The position numbers were made by a program, and so were the translations under genes. A stretch of DNA of 64,000 nucleotides, from the NCBI GenBank assembly GCA_965199495.1, contig CBDASK010000003.1, positions 2,400,001-2,464,000 of the forward strand, in the 5' to 3' direction. Source of the DNA: Abditibacterium sp. (GTDB lineage Bacteria; Armatimonadota; Abditibacteriia; Abditibacteriales; Abditibacteriaceae). Below the pieces are notes generated by a model that did no database searches, had not been told where the DNA came from, and saw only the letters and a program-made list of their open reading frames with translations. Shown here piece after piece: positions 1-8,170 of the stretch (within the stretch, counting starts at the first letter, position 1; the number at the start of each line of letters is the position of its first letter).

Positions 1-1
1 G

Positions 2-1054
2 CGCAACGATCAAATCGCGCTGGATGTGCGGCTTTATCTCAAAGACGCTTTGAGCGCGACCATCGAAGCTGTGCGTGCGCTGCAAAGCGTTTTAGTGGCG
101 CAAGCCGAAGCGCATCTGGGCGCGATTATGCCGGGTTACACGCATTTGCAGCGCGCGCAACCGGTGTTATTGTCGCATCATTTGCTGGCCTATTTCCAAA
201 TGTTTTCGCGCGACTGCGAGCGATTGGAACAATGTTTGACGCGCGCTGATGTCTTGCCGCTCGGCGTGGCTGCTCTGGCGGGCACGGGTTTTCCGATTGA
301 CCGGCAAATGGTCGCCGATGAACTCGGATTTGCGCGCATCTCGGAAAATTCGCTCGATACCGTCGCCGACCGCGATCATTTGATCGAGAGCGTGGGGGCT
401 TTGTCAATTATCGCGTTGCACCTGTCGCGATTGGGCGAAGAGTGGGTGAATTGGAGCAGCAAAGAGTTCGATTTTTGTCGTTTGGACGACCGCTTTTCGA
501 CGGGCAGTTCGATTATGCCGCAAAAGCGCAACCCCGATTCGATGGAATTGGTGCGCGGCAAATCGGCGCGCGTGTTGGGCGATTTGACCGCGCTGTGGAC
601 GCTCGTCAAAGGTTTGCCATTGACTTATAATCGCGATTTGCAGGAAGACAAAGAGCCATTGTTCGACGCGTTCGATACCGTTTTGGGCAGCCTACAAATC
701 GCGCGCGGCGTAGTCGAAACCACAACTTTTAACGTCGAGCGCATGAAAGCCATCGCGGGCGGCGGATTTTCGCCCGCGACTGATGTCGCCGATTATCTGG
801 TGCGTCGCGGCGTGCCATTTCGCGAGGCGCACGAAATCACCGGTGCCGCCGTTCGTTTGTGCGAGAGCAGCCACCGCGAACTGCCCGATTTAACGCTGGA
901 AGAATGGCGCGCGTTGGACGAACGATTCGACGAAGGCGTATTAGAAGCCGTTAAGGTCGAAGGCAGCGTCGCCGCGCGTGCGTCGCAGGGCGGAACGGCG
1001 CCAGTTCGCGTGCAGGAACAATTGGAGCGGGCGAAAGAAAGTTTGAATAAATAA
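2..1054 (+). CDS. argH: argininosuccinate lyase (5'-partial)
   Basis: RNDQIALD, PGYTHLQRAQP and the GSSIMPQKRNPD fumarase/ASL signature; frame open to the window edge. Confidence 0.96.
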   Translation, partial: RNDQIALDVRLYLKDALSATIEAVRALQSVLVAQAEAHLGAIMPGYTHLQRAQPVLLSHHLLAYFQMFSRDCERLEQCLTRADVLPLGVAALAGTGFPIDRQMVADELGFARISENSLDTVADRDHLIESVGALSIIALHLSRLGEEWVNWSSKEFDFCRLDDRFSTGSSIMPQKRNPDSMELVRGKSARVLGDLTALWTLVKGLPLTYNRDLQEDKEPLFDAFDTVLGSLQIARGVVETTTFNVERMKAIAGGGFSPATDVADYLVRRGVPFREAHEITGAAVRLCESSHRELPDLTLEEWRALDERFDEGVLEAVKVEGSVAARASQGGTAPVRVQEQLERAKESLNK

Positions 1055-1197
1055 GCCACAGAGTTCACGGAGAACGCACAGAGGGGCACAGAAAAGAACG
1101 AAGAAATTAGAATGTAGATGAATTGTTATTAATTTCTTCGTTCTTTTCTGTGCCCCTCTGTGCGTTCTCCGTGAACTCTGTGGCTTATTTATTCAAA
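1042..1197. repeat. long palindrome, 68-bp perfect arms, CACAGAG-type
   Basis: arm 1042-1109 is the exact reverse complement of 1130-1197; 20-bp loop. Confidence 0.95.
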
Positions 1198-1507
1198 TGC
1201 AACCGTCGCTGTCGGCGCGCAAAATTGCGCCCAGCAAACCCGGAAATCGCGCGTCCAAATCGGAGTTGCGCAGCGAATTGTAACAACTGGTGCCCTCGTT
1301 GCGCTGGCGAATGAGTCCGGCCAATCGCAGAACTTTGAAGTGATGCGACATAGTGGATTTGGGCGCGCTTTCGCAAAAGGTGCCGCACGGTAATGCGCCG
1401 TCGTCGGCTAATTGGCGCACGATGCAGAGCCGAATCGGATCGCTGAGCGCGTGCAAAACCTGCGTCAGCTCCAGACACTCGCGCGGCGGATGATGTAGTT
1501 CTCGCAT
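1193..1507 (-). CDS. ArsR/SmtB-family transcriptional regulator
   Basis: LHALSDPIRL...KSTMSHHFKVLRLAGLI winged helix; LDARFPGLL tail. Confidence 0.9.
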   Translation of the reverse strand: MRELHHPPRECLELTQVLHALSDPIRLCIVRQLADDGALPCGTFCESAPKSTMSHHFKVLRLAGLIRQRNEGTSCYNSLRNSDLDARFPGLLGAILRADSDGCI

Positions 1508-1572
1508 AATTCTTCCGATTCCCTGACATCAAATGACGCGCCAAATTTAATCGGGGAACCAAATTTAATTCT

Positions 1573-1596
1573 ATTGTTCTAAATATATCGAACAAT
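1573..1596. promoter_or_regulatory. putative ArsR operator (dyad ATTGTTC-N10-GAACAAT)
   Basis: AT-rich inverted repeat between the divergent ArsR and trxA genes. Confidence 0.5.
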
Positions 1597-1644
1597 CGAG
1601 AATTGGCCGCGAGTTTGCGGCAGAGTGAGCGAGGAAAAATCAAA

Positions 1645-1974
1645 ATGTCAAAAATCGAATATCTCAATAATGATAACTTCGGCAGCGAAGTTGAGCAGAA
1701 CGAAGGCACCGTCATCGTGGACTTTACCGCGACTTGGTGCCCGCCCTGCAAAATGTTGGCGCCCGTCTTAGACCGCGTCGCCGAAAAGTATCAGGGCCAG
1801 GCGACGTTCGTCAAAGTGGATATTGACGAGAACGTCGAAGTCGCCGCCAAATATGGCGTGACCACGATTCCCAATCTGTTGTTTTTCAAAAACGGCGAGG
1901 TTGTGGATCAAAGCGTCGGCTTCGTCGCCGAAGGCGCGCTGTCCAGCAAAGTGGACGACGTTTTGGCGAAGTAA
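1645..1974 (+). CDS. trxA: thioredoxin
   Basis: DFTATWCPPCK active site and TIP cis-Pro loop; GAGG upstream of ATG 1645. Confidence 0.92.
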   Translation: MSKIEYLNNDNFGSEVEQNEGTVIVDFTATWCPPCKMLAPVLDRVAEKYQGQATFVKVDIDENVEVAAKYGVTTIPNLLFFKNGEVVDQSVGFVAEGALSSKVDDVLAK

Positions 1975-1985
1975 ATTCCGCTTGT

Positions 1986-2027
1986 AAAACAAAAGAGCCA
2001 CGGCAAACGCCGTGGCTCTTTTGTTTT
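1986..2027. terminator. bidirectional rho-independent terminator whose stem is an inverted pair of GCCGTGGCT
   Basis: AAAACAAAAGAGCCACGGC-aaac-GCCGTGGCTCTTTTGTTTT. Confidence 0.85.
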
Positions 2028-2063
2028 TGATTTTGACCGTGAAAACGTCATAATCGAATGGTT

Positions 2064-2187
2064 TAGGAGTTACGCAAGGCACCCGTAGAGACACCGACTT
2101 GTCGTGTCTAAAACGTGAGATTCACCACAAATTTACGTTTTAGACACGACAAGTCGGTGTCTCTACGGGTGCCTTGCGTAACTCCTA
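2064..2187. repeat. GTAG-REP doublet (REPIN-like), GTAGAGAC family
   Basis: 53-bp perfect arms containing GTAGAGACACCGACTTGTCGTGTCT; same core at 58695-58793. Confidence 0.9.
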
Positions 2188-2218
2188 TATTTTATGAACC
2201 AATCGTGAAAACACAACG

Positions 2219-2254
2219 CAAAGCGGCCCGCGATATTTATCGCGGGCCGCTTTG
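2219..2254. terminator. rho-independent terminator
   Basis: CAAAGCGGCCCGCGAT...ATCGCGGGCCGCTTTG just downstream of the large minus-strand gene. Confidence 0.75.
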
Positions 2255-2269
2255 TTACGTCGCCAGACC

Positions 2270-5200
2270 TTACGAATTGCCAGCCGACGGCGCCGTGGCT
2301 GCTGGCGCGGGCCGCGACAAACTGGCTTGCGCCGAACTCGCGTTTGAACCCGCCGTTTCGACGGCGCCGATGTCTTTGCGCGCGCCTTGCGGACGAGCCA
2401 CGCCGCGTTGGTCGGTCGTGGCGCTCGTGTTGCCCGCGTCAATCGCCGGACTGCCGGTTTGCGGCAAACGCGTTTGTGTCGGGCCACCGTTGTTGGCGAG
2501 GGCGCCCAACTTCGGATCGAGCGGCGAGCCAACAGTGCCGCTTTTGTCTCCGGTGCGCGCGCCGTTGCCCGGCGAAACGCCGATCAGGTTATAACCCTGC
2601 GAATTGAGTGCGCCGCTCACGTCAACGCCGTTGCTGCCGCTGTTGAGCGCGAGGATGGAATTTAGGCTGTTGACCGTGCCGCCCACGCTCAAAAGTCCGC
2701 CGCCCGCGCTGCTGGCGCTGTTGCTCGCGACCGTCGCGCTATCGAGCGAGACCGTGCCGCCATCGTTATAGATGCCGCCGCCGCCCTGATCGCTGCCGCC
2801 GCCGTTGGCCGCGTTGCCGCTCAGCGTGCTGTTGCGCACGGCCAGAGAACCGCCTGCCGAATTCCACAGGCCGCCGCCCTCTTGCTGCGCCGTATTGTTG
2901 GACGCGGTGCTGTTGAGAAAGAACACGCGTCCGGCGCCCGAAGTGTGCAAACCGCCGCCGTTAATGCCCGCCGTGTTGCCATTGAGCGTGGCGTTTTGAA
3001 TCGTGGCTTGCCCCGCGTTTTCGATGGCGCCCCCGGCGCGCGCGGTGCTGTTGCTTCTCAAACTGCCGCCATTGATAACCATCGTGCCGCTATTCAAAAT
3101 CGCGCCGCCGTTGCCCAATCCGTTGGTCGCGGTGTTGCCGGTAAAGTTCGTGTTGACGATGTTGGCATTGCCTTTGTTGAACAAGCCACCGCCGCCCAAA
3201 CCGGGCGCATTGCCCAGCGTCGAGTTGCCCATGATGTTGGCGTTGCGCACCGTGAGCGCGCCGCCATCGTTGTATAAACCGCCGCCGCCTGCCTCTTCGC
3301 CCGTGCCCGCCGCCGCGTTGCCGCGAATGGTTGTGCCATCCACAACTAAAGTGCCCGTGCCCGAATTCCACAGCCCGCCGCCTTCGGCCAGAGCGTTGTT
3401 GCCCGTCACTTCGCCGCGCACAAGGGTGACATCGCCCGCACCCGAAATATGCAAACCGCCGCCGTTGCCGGGGCCATTGCCCGCGCCGGTCGAGTTTTGA
3501 ACGAGTTGGGTTTCGGTCAAGCTAATTTTGCCGCCCAGAGTTTCGATGGCGCCGCCCGCGCGATTGGAACGGTTATTTTGCAGTAGGCTCGCGCTCACTG
3601 AAACGGTGCCGCCTTTGTTAAAGAGCGCGCCGCCGCTGCCCGAACCGACGCTCGCCTGATTGTTCGCCAGATTTACGCCACGCACATTGACCATGCCGCC
3701 ATTATTGAAGATGCCGCCGCCGCCTTTTTCGGCGGTCGCGCCCAAAGAAACGTTGTCGCGCAAACTCGAATTTTGCACCGTGAGCGTGGCGCCCGCCTGA
3801 TTCCACAGCGCGCCGCCCTCGCTGGCGGCGGTGTTTTCCAGGAAAGTGCCGCCCGTGATAAACACGGTATCGGCGCCCGAAGTGTGCAGGGCGCCGCCGT
3901 TTCCGGGCGCCGCGCTCGCCGAGTTCGCCCGGAAACCGCTGTTTTCGAGCGAAACGCCGCCCGTCCCGACGGTTTCGATGGCGCCGCCCGCGCGCTGGGC
4001 CGTATTGCGGTTGAACGTGCTGGACTTGACTTGCAGCGCGCCGCCCTTGTTGAGAATCGCGCCGCCCGAACCCGCCGCGCCCGTGGCTGTGTTGGTGTCT
4101 AAAATCGCGTTACGAACCGTAATGGAACCGCCGTCGCCATAAATCGCGCCGCCGCCATTATCGGCATCGGCGCCCGCCGCCGTATTGTTGCTAAACGTCG
4201 TTCCGTCCACAATGAGCGTGCCGCCGCTCGAATTCCACAAACCGCCGCCTTCGCTGGCCGCCGTATTGCCGTTGACGCCGCCGCCTATCACGGTCGTGAT
4301 GCCCGCGCCCGTCACATGAAATGCGCCGCCGTTGCCGGGCGCCGCGCTGCCGTTTGGCCCGGCCACATTTTCAGAAAGCGTGCTGTTAGTTATGGTATTG
4401 GTCGTCGCGCCATTGCTTTCGATGGCGCCGCCCGCGCGATTGGCCCTGTTGCCGCTCGCCCTGCTGTTGGCGAATTCCAGACGCCCGCCGTTATTGAGAA
4501 TGCCGCCGCCGCTACCAGCCACGCCGGTCGCCTCGTTGCTGGACAACGTCGCATTACGCACGCTCAAAATGCCGCCGTCGCTATAAAGCGCGCCGCCACC
4601 GTTATCGGCAGCGTCGCCCGCCGCGACATTGTCGCTAAACGTCGTTCCATCCACGCGCATCACGCCGTCCGCCGAATTCCACAGGCCGCCGCCTTCGAGC
4701 GCCGCCGCGTTACCAGAAACGTTGCCGCCCGCCACGAAAACGTTGGCATTGCCTCCGGCGTGCAAAGCGCCGCCGTTACCGGGCGCGCCCATCGCGCCGC
4801 CCAATGCGCGATTGTTAGTGACTCCCACGTTGCTCAAAACCACGCGTCCGCCCACGGTTTCGATGGCGCCGCCCGCACGGTTGGCGATGTTATTGGTCAA
4901 CGAGCCACCGACAATATTGAGGCTGCCCTTATTCAGAATCGCGCCGCCACTTCCTGCCGTGCCGTTCGCCCGATTGCTTTGCAGCGTCGAATTGCGCACC
5001 GTCGTGGTGCCGCCATCGCTATAAATCGCGCCGCCGCCGTTATCGGCATCGGCGCCCAAAGCGTCATTGTTGATAAACGTCGAATCGGCCACGGTCAGCG
5101 CGCCAGTCGCCGAGTTCCACAAACCGCCGCCCTCGCCGCTCGCGCTGTTCTGGAGAATTTGGGTGTCCGAAATCGAAACGATGTCGGCGCCCGTCATGTG

Positions 5201-5947
5201 TAATGCGCCGCCATTGCCGGGCGCGGCGCCCGTGCTATTGCTCGCCATTTGTCCGCCCACGATGGTGACGCGCGCGCCATCGCGCGTTTCGATACCGCCG
5301 CCCGCGCGATTAGAACGGTTGTCGTTCAACGTGCTGTCGCGCAGTTCGAGCGACGAACCCGCCACGAAAATCGCGCCGCCCGAACCCAACGCGCCCGTCG
5401 CGGAATTTCTGACAAAAATCGAATCGCGCACCACGACAGGGCCGCTCGAATACAACGCGCCGCCACCGTTGGTCGCTGCCGCGCCCGTTGCGGTGTTGTC
5501 ATTGAAATCCACTTTTAACAAAGTCAGACGTCCTGAACCGTTGTTAATGCCACCACCATTCACTGCGTTGCCTCCAATGACAGTCAGATCGGAAATCACT
5601 ACCGTCGCCGCAGGAATATTGAACACGCGAACCGCATTATTACCGCTCACGGCCAAGTTACCCGGCCCACGCAACACGATATTGCTCAAATCAGGCAGCG
5701 CCGAAGCGAGGACAATTGTGCCGCTCACGCCCGTCGCATCAATGAAGTCGTCACCCGCAGCCGCGTTGGCATCGAGAATCGCCTGACGTAGCGACCCCGC
5801 GCCCGCATCGTCGGTGTTAGAAACGGTGAAAGTCGCCGCCCGCGCGTCCGAAGCCGTCAAACTCACAGCCAGACCGCACATCGTGAGGCACAATAAAGTG
5901 CCGGTGCGCCGCGAAGACGGACGCGCAACAGAATTTTTCAAGAACAT
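2270..5947 (-). CDS. large secreted beta-helix repeat protein (Pmp/CSLREA-like N-terminus, choice-of-anchor-Q-like C-terminus)
   Basis: signal peptide, ATFTVSNTDDAGAGSLRQAI, many GGA(I/L) repeats, LGALANNGGPTQT...SPAIDAG...DQRG...DIGAVE tail; start codon uncertain. Confidence 0.82.
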   Translation of the reverse strand: MFLKNSVARPSSRRTGTLLCLTMCGLAVSLTASDARAATFTVSNTDDAGAGSLRQAILDANAAAGDDFIDATGVSGTIVLASALPDLSNIVLRGPGNLAVSGNNAVRVFNIPAATVVISDLTVIGGNAVNGGGINNGSGRLTLLKVDFNDNTATGAAATNGGGALYSSGPVVVRDSIFVRNSATGALGSGGAIFVAGSSLELRDSTLNDNRSNRAGGGIETRDGARVTIVGGQMASNSTGAAPGNGGALHMTGADIVSISDTQILQNSASGEGGGLWNSATGALTVADSTFINNDALGADADNGGGAIYSDGGTTTVRNSTLQSNRANGTAGSGGAILNKGSLNIVGGSLTNNIANRAGGAIETVGGRVVLSNVGVTNNRALGGAMGAPGNGGALHAGGNANVFVAGGNVSGNAAALEGGGLWNSADGVMRVDGTTFSDNVAAGDAADNGGGALYSDGGILSVRNATLSSNEATGVAGSGGGILNNGGRLEFANSRASGNRANRAGGAIESNGATTNTITNSTLSENVAGPNGSAAPGNGGAFHVTGAGITTVIGGGVNGNTAASEGGGLWNSSGGTLIVDGTTFSNNTAAGADADNGGGAIYGDGGSITVRNAILDTNTATGAAGSGGAILNKGGALQVKSSTFNRNTAQRAGGAIETVGTGGVSLENSGFRANSASAAPGNGGALHTSGADTVFITGGTFLENTAASEGGALWNQAGATLTVQNSSLRDNVSLGATAEKGGGGIFNNGGMVNVRGVNLANNQASVGSGSGGALFNKGGTVSVSASLLQNNRSNRAGGAIETLGGKISLTETQLVQNSTGAGNGPGNGGGLHISGAGDVTLVRGEVTGNNALAEGGGLWNSGTGTLVVDGTTIRGNAAAGTGEEAGGGGLYNDGGALTVRNANIMGNSTLGNAPGLGGGGLFNKGNANIVNTNFTGNTATNGLGNGGAILNSGTMVINGGSLRSNSTARAGGAIENAGQATIQNATLNGNTAGINGGGLHTSGAGRVFFLNSTASNNTAQQEGGGLWNSAGGSLAVRNSTLSGNAANGGGSDQGGGGIYNDGGTVSLDSATVASNSASSAGGGLLSVGGTVNSLNSILALNSGSNGVDVSGALNSQGYNLIGVSPGNGARTGDKSGTVGSPLDPKLGALANNGGPTQTRLPQTGSPAIDAGNTSATTDQRGVARPQGARKDIGAVETAGSNASSAQASLSRPAPAATAPSAGNS

Positions 5948-6198
5948 AAAGGGGAGAGAAACCAAGCCCAAATAATCGTGAGCTTATCGAGACCGGCGAA
6001 GGTCGAGAAAGGACGGAGTTTCTGGAAAACTGAGAAATTCCACAGAAAATCGAAGTGCCCCCAGTGTAAGCGCAAAACGAGAAAAAATGTCATAATTGGA
6101 GCAAGAAAAAACCGCAAATAATCATCTATTTTGCGGTTCTTCTTGTCAAACGACGGTGCGACAAAACGGGTTATCTCGGAATTTTTTGTGCTTTGGTT

Positions 6199-6585
6199 TC
6201 ATTCATTTGTCTCGACGGCGTGCGCTTTCAAATCGTCCAGATTGACCCATTCGAGCGTGCTGATATGCGTCGCTTCCAAAACGACGGCGGGCGCAACACC
6301 CGCGTCAAACGCTTCCTGCCAGCGATTGGCGCACAAACACCATTGATCGCCCGGCACAAGGCCGGGAAAATCGTATTGCGGATGCGGCGTGCTTAAATCG
6401 TTGCCGCGACTTTGGGAAAACTCCAAAAACTCGGCGGTGACGCGGGCGCACACGGTATGCACGCCCATATCGCCCGGCCCGGTATCGCAGCAACCGTTGC
6501 GATAATAACCGGTCATCGGATCGAGCGAACACGATTGCAGCGGCTCGCCCAGAACGTTGCGCGCATTGGAAGAAGATTGTGACAT
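6199..6585 (-). CDS. DUF2237 family protein
   Basis: NVLGEPLQSCS.DPMTGYYRNGCC...GNDLSTP...FPGL.PGD.WCLCA.RW. Confidence 0.92.
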   Translation of the reverse strand: MSQSSSNARNVLGEPLQSCSLDPMTGYYRNGCCDTGPGDMGVHTVCARVTAEFLEFSQSRGNDLSTPHPQYDFPGLVPGDQWCLCANRWQEAFDAGVAPAVVLEATHISTLEWVNLDDLKAHAVETNE

Positions 6586-6626
6586 AGGGAATGTAAAGTT
6601 TGGAAGATTCGCGCCAACGATTTAAT

Positions 6627-6732
6627 TTGGCCACGAAAAGGCACAAAAGCAACAAAAGGTTTGGACGAACTTTCTTTATTTTTGGCGATGGCTTCCCAAC
6701 TTTTTGTTGCTTTTGTGCCTCTTCGTGGCCAA
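6627..6732. repeat. palindrome, CCACGAA/CACAAAA-type
   Basis: 31-bp arms (6627-6657 and 6702-6732), one mismatch. Confidence 0.88.
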
Positions 6733-6736
6733 CGAT

Positions 6737-7756
6737 TTATTGCTGAAACATCTGCGCCAATGGCTCGCGAATTTTCGCCCAACTCGCGGGCCACTGCGTG
6801 TAATCATCAACGGGCGCTTTGACCAGAAACCCGAAATCTTCGCCACCGCTTTTCCAATTCGCCGGTTTATCCAACGCGCGCAACGAAAACACGCCCGGCA
6901 TTCCGGCAACCAAATCGGCCTCGCCCTGTTTACTGACAATCGCGTCGAATAATTTGCGCGCGTTTTCGGGATTGGGCGCGCCCTTAACCAGAGCCACGGC
7001 GCCCGGCACGATGACGTTATCGGTTTGAGTTTTCGCCGCGAAAATCGGTTTGCCGCGTTTTTTCTGCCCCAGATAATCGTCGGTATCCGTCCAACCGAAC
7101 TGTAAATCGCCGTCAGCGACGGCGCGCGCGACATCGCCGTTGCCGGGCAAAATCCGAACTTTGGCCGCTTTGAGTTCACGATACCACATCAGTGTTCGGT
7201 TTGGTTCGCGCGCATAAAGCGCGGTGGCTTCATCGCTGGCGGTGCCAAATTGCGGGTTAGAGTGTGCGGTAGCGAGACCTTTGGGAATAAGAACCAAACG
7301 ATCAAGAGAGAAGGCAGTGTCGGAGCTATTTGCCACCAAAACGCGCGCCCGCGTGCCGACGCCCGCCCAACCGACGCCGCGAAAACGCGGCGCCAAATCG
7401 CGCGCGGCGGGCGAATCGTAGGGTTCCAATAAGCCGTCTTGGCTCAGTAGCAGCGTTTGCAACAGCGCCGAAGTCCATAAAACATCGGCGCGCGGACGCG
7501 ATTTTTCGGCCCGAATCCGTGTCGTCAAACCGGCGGTTTTGGTGGACTCGGTATCGAACAACGGCACGATGTCCAAACCGGTGCGCTTTTTCAATTTTTC
7601 GATTAAAGGTTTAGCGAACACATCGTCAATCGAACAATAAAGCACGACGCGCTTAGATTTGGGCACATCGGCGGTTTGAGTTGGCGTCGAAGTTTTGGAA
7701 GCGCAACCGCTTAGCAATGATGCGCCAAGCAAACAGGGAATCACGAAAATCTTCAT
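6737..7756 (-). CDS. ABC transporter substrate-binding lipoprotein (Fe3+/AfuA-like)
   Basis: LSGC lipobox; RIRAEKSRPRADVLW; GWTDTDD. Confidence 0.8.
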   Translation of the reverse strand: MKIFVIPCLLGASLLSGCASKTSTPTQTADVPKSKRVVLYCSIDDVFAKPLIEKLKKRTGLDIVPLFDTESTKTAGLTTRIRAEKSRPRADVLWTSALLQTLLLSQDGLLEPYDSPAARDLAPRFRGVGWAGVGTRARVLVANSSDTAFSLDRLVLIPKGLATAHSNPQFGTASDEATALYAREPNRTLMWYRELKAAKVRILPGNGDVARAVADGDLQFGWTDTDDYLGQKKRGKPIFAAKTQTDNVIVPGAVALVKGAPNPENARKLFDAIVSKQGEADLVAGMPGVFSLRALDKPANWKSGGEDFGFLVKAPVDDYTQWPASWAKIREPLAQMFQQ

Positions 7757-7771
7757 GGTGATTTCAGTTTC

Positions 7772-8170
7772 TCACGCCAAACATTCGCGATAAATCGCGG
7801 GCACGCGCGTGGGTTTCCACTCGCGATTCAAAAACGCGATGGTCTGGCGCGCGCGTAAAATCGTGACGCCATCGCAGTCGCGCGTGATTTCGTGCGACAC
7901 GGTCGCCGTGGCTCCCTTCCATTCGCTGACCCAGGTTTTTAAAGTCAGCGCCTCTTCGTGGCGCGCGAAATTGAGATAATCGGCCTCGACGCGCCGCACA
8001 ATCGCCATAATTCCGTTTTCGCGCCACGTTTTCTCGACCGGCAAACCGGCGGCATGGAGCAACGCATAGCGCCCGCGTTCGAGAAATTCGAGATAGCGCG
8101 TGTTGGAAACCACACCGCCGAAATCGGTCTCGAAGGCGTGAACCAAAATGGGAAGAGTGACGGAATTCAT
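7772..8170 (-). CDS. acyl-CoA thioesterase (YbgC/4HBT family)
   Basis: ETDFGGVVSNTRYLEFLERGR; ATGA overlap with the valS stop. Confidence 0.88.
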   Translation of the reverse strand: MNSVTLPILVHAFETDFGGVVSNTRYLEFLERGRYALLHAAGLPVEKTWRENGIMAIVRRVEADYLNFARHEEALTLKTWVSEWKGATATVSHEITRDCDGVTILRARQTIAFLNREWKPTRVPAIYRECLA

